From Piromyces finnis finn (lineage: Eukaryota; Fungi; Neocallimastigomycota), in assembly GCA_002104945.1 (NCBI GenBank), contig MCFH01000030.1:434001-498000 (forward strand): a stretch of 64,000 bases of DNA, read 5' to 3'. Below are positions 63,322-64,000 of this stretch, piece by piece. The notes beneath the pieces were generated by a model that did not search any database, was not told the DNA's origin, and worked only from the letters and a program-made list of their open reading frames with translations. Both the position numbers and the translations under genes were made by a program. Numbering within the stretch: the first letter of the stretch is position 1; each line of letters begins with the position of its first letter.

Positions 63322-64000
63322 AAATGTCCTTGCTACTATTGTTTATTTTTTAATGGGATATATTAATAATAAAAAATTTTTTATTAGAATTTAATCAGAT
63401 AGGATCAAAAAAGCCACTTTTTTTTACATAAATTAAATTGAAATAAAAATAAGAAATCCCTTTCATAATGCTATTATTATTACTAATGTTATTACTAATA
63501 TTGTTATGATTTAAAATAAAAAAAAAAGTATTATAATAAAAGAAAATAAAATACTATTCATTATTATTAATATTTTGCTGCAGTTGTTGTTGGTAGTTGA
63601 TTTGCCTCTTTACCTTTTTTTTTTAATATAAAAAAAAATGCACCTTTATAGGATGATAAACAATGTGTAAACAATAATTAAATTAAAAATTAAATTAAAT
63701 TATCTATCGTGTAACATTATATCTTTTACAAATATTTCATTTAATTAATTATTATGTAAAAAGGAAATTGTATCACTATTTTTATGTAATTTTTATGTAA
63801 TAGTAATAGGTATATTAAAAAAAAAAAGACACAAGTTTAGGAAGAAGAAGACTGTGTAAGATCTAAAACTATGAAATATAACTAATAAGAATAGTTATTT
63901 AATAAAATAAAATCTTTTTTATTTAAAAAATAAAAGAAAAGTAGTACAATACTATTTATTTAAATAGGTTTAAGAATTATTATTATAACATTATTTTCTA

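Overview
Extremely AT-rich eukaryotic DNA with short GT-AG introns, Asn-rich low-complexity proteins and long (AAT)n tracts. This is most consistent with an anaerobic gut fungus (Neocallimastigomycota); the taxon is an inference from composition and gene content. From left to right the window holds: a low-complexity 964-aa ORF; a frameshifted Cys-rich membrane protein gene; an SPX-RING E3 ligase; an intronless bacterial-type RNA ligase; an 11-exon DH-PH-SH3-SH3 RhoGEF; and a small secreted Cys-rich protein. From 30.6 to 53.0 kb lies a tandem cluster of six intronless, divergent 7-transmembrane (GPCR-like) paralogs plus one pseudogene fragment. The cluster is interrupted by a decayed bacterial Rpn-family PD-(D/E)XK nuclease gene bracketed by ~470-500 bp direct repeats. 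The right end holds a complete, apparently very young Ty3/Gypsy LTR retrotransposon (577-bp LTRs, 5-bp TSD, -1 frameshift signal). Its 3' UTR carries an antisense tRNA-Ala-headed, poly(A)-tailed SINE-like insertion with a 13-bp TSD. All calls are from reading the sequence by eye; no database searches were run.
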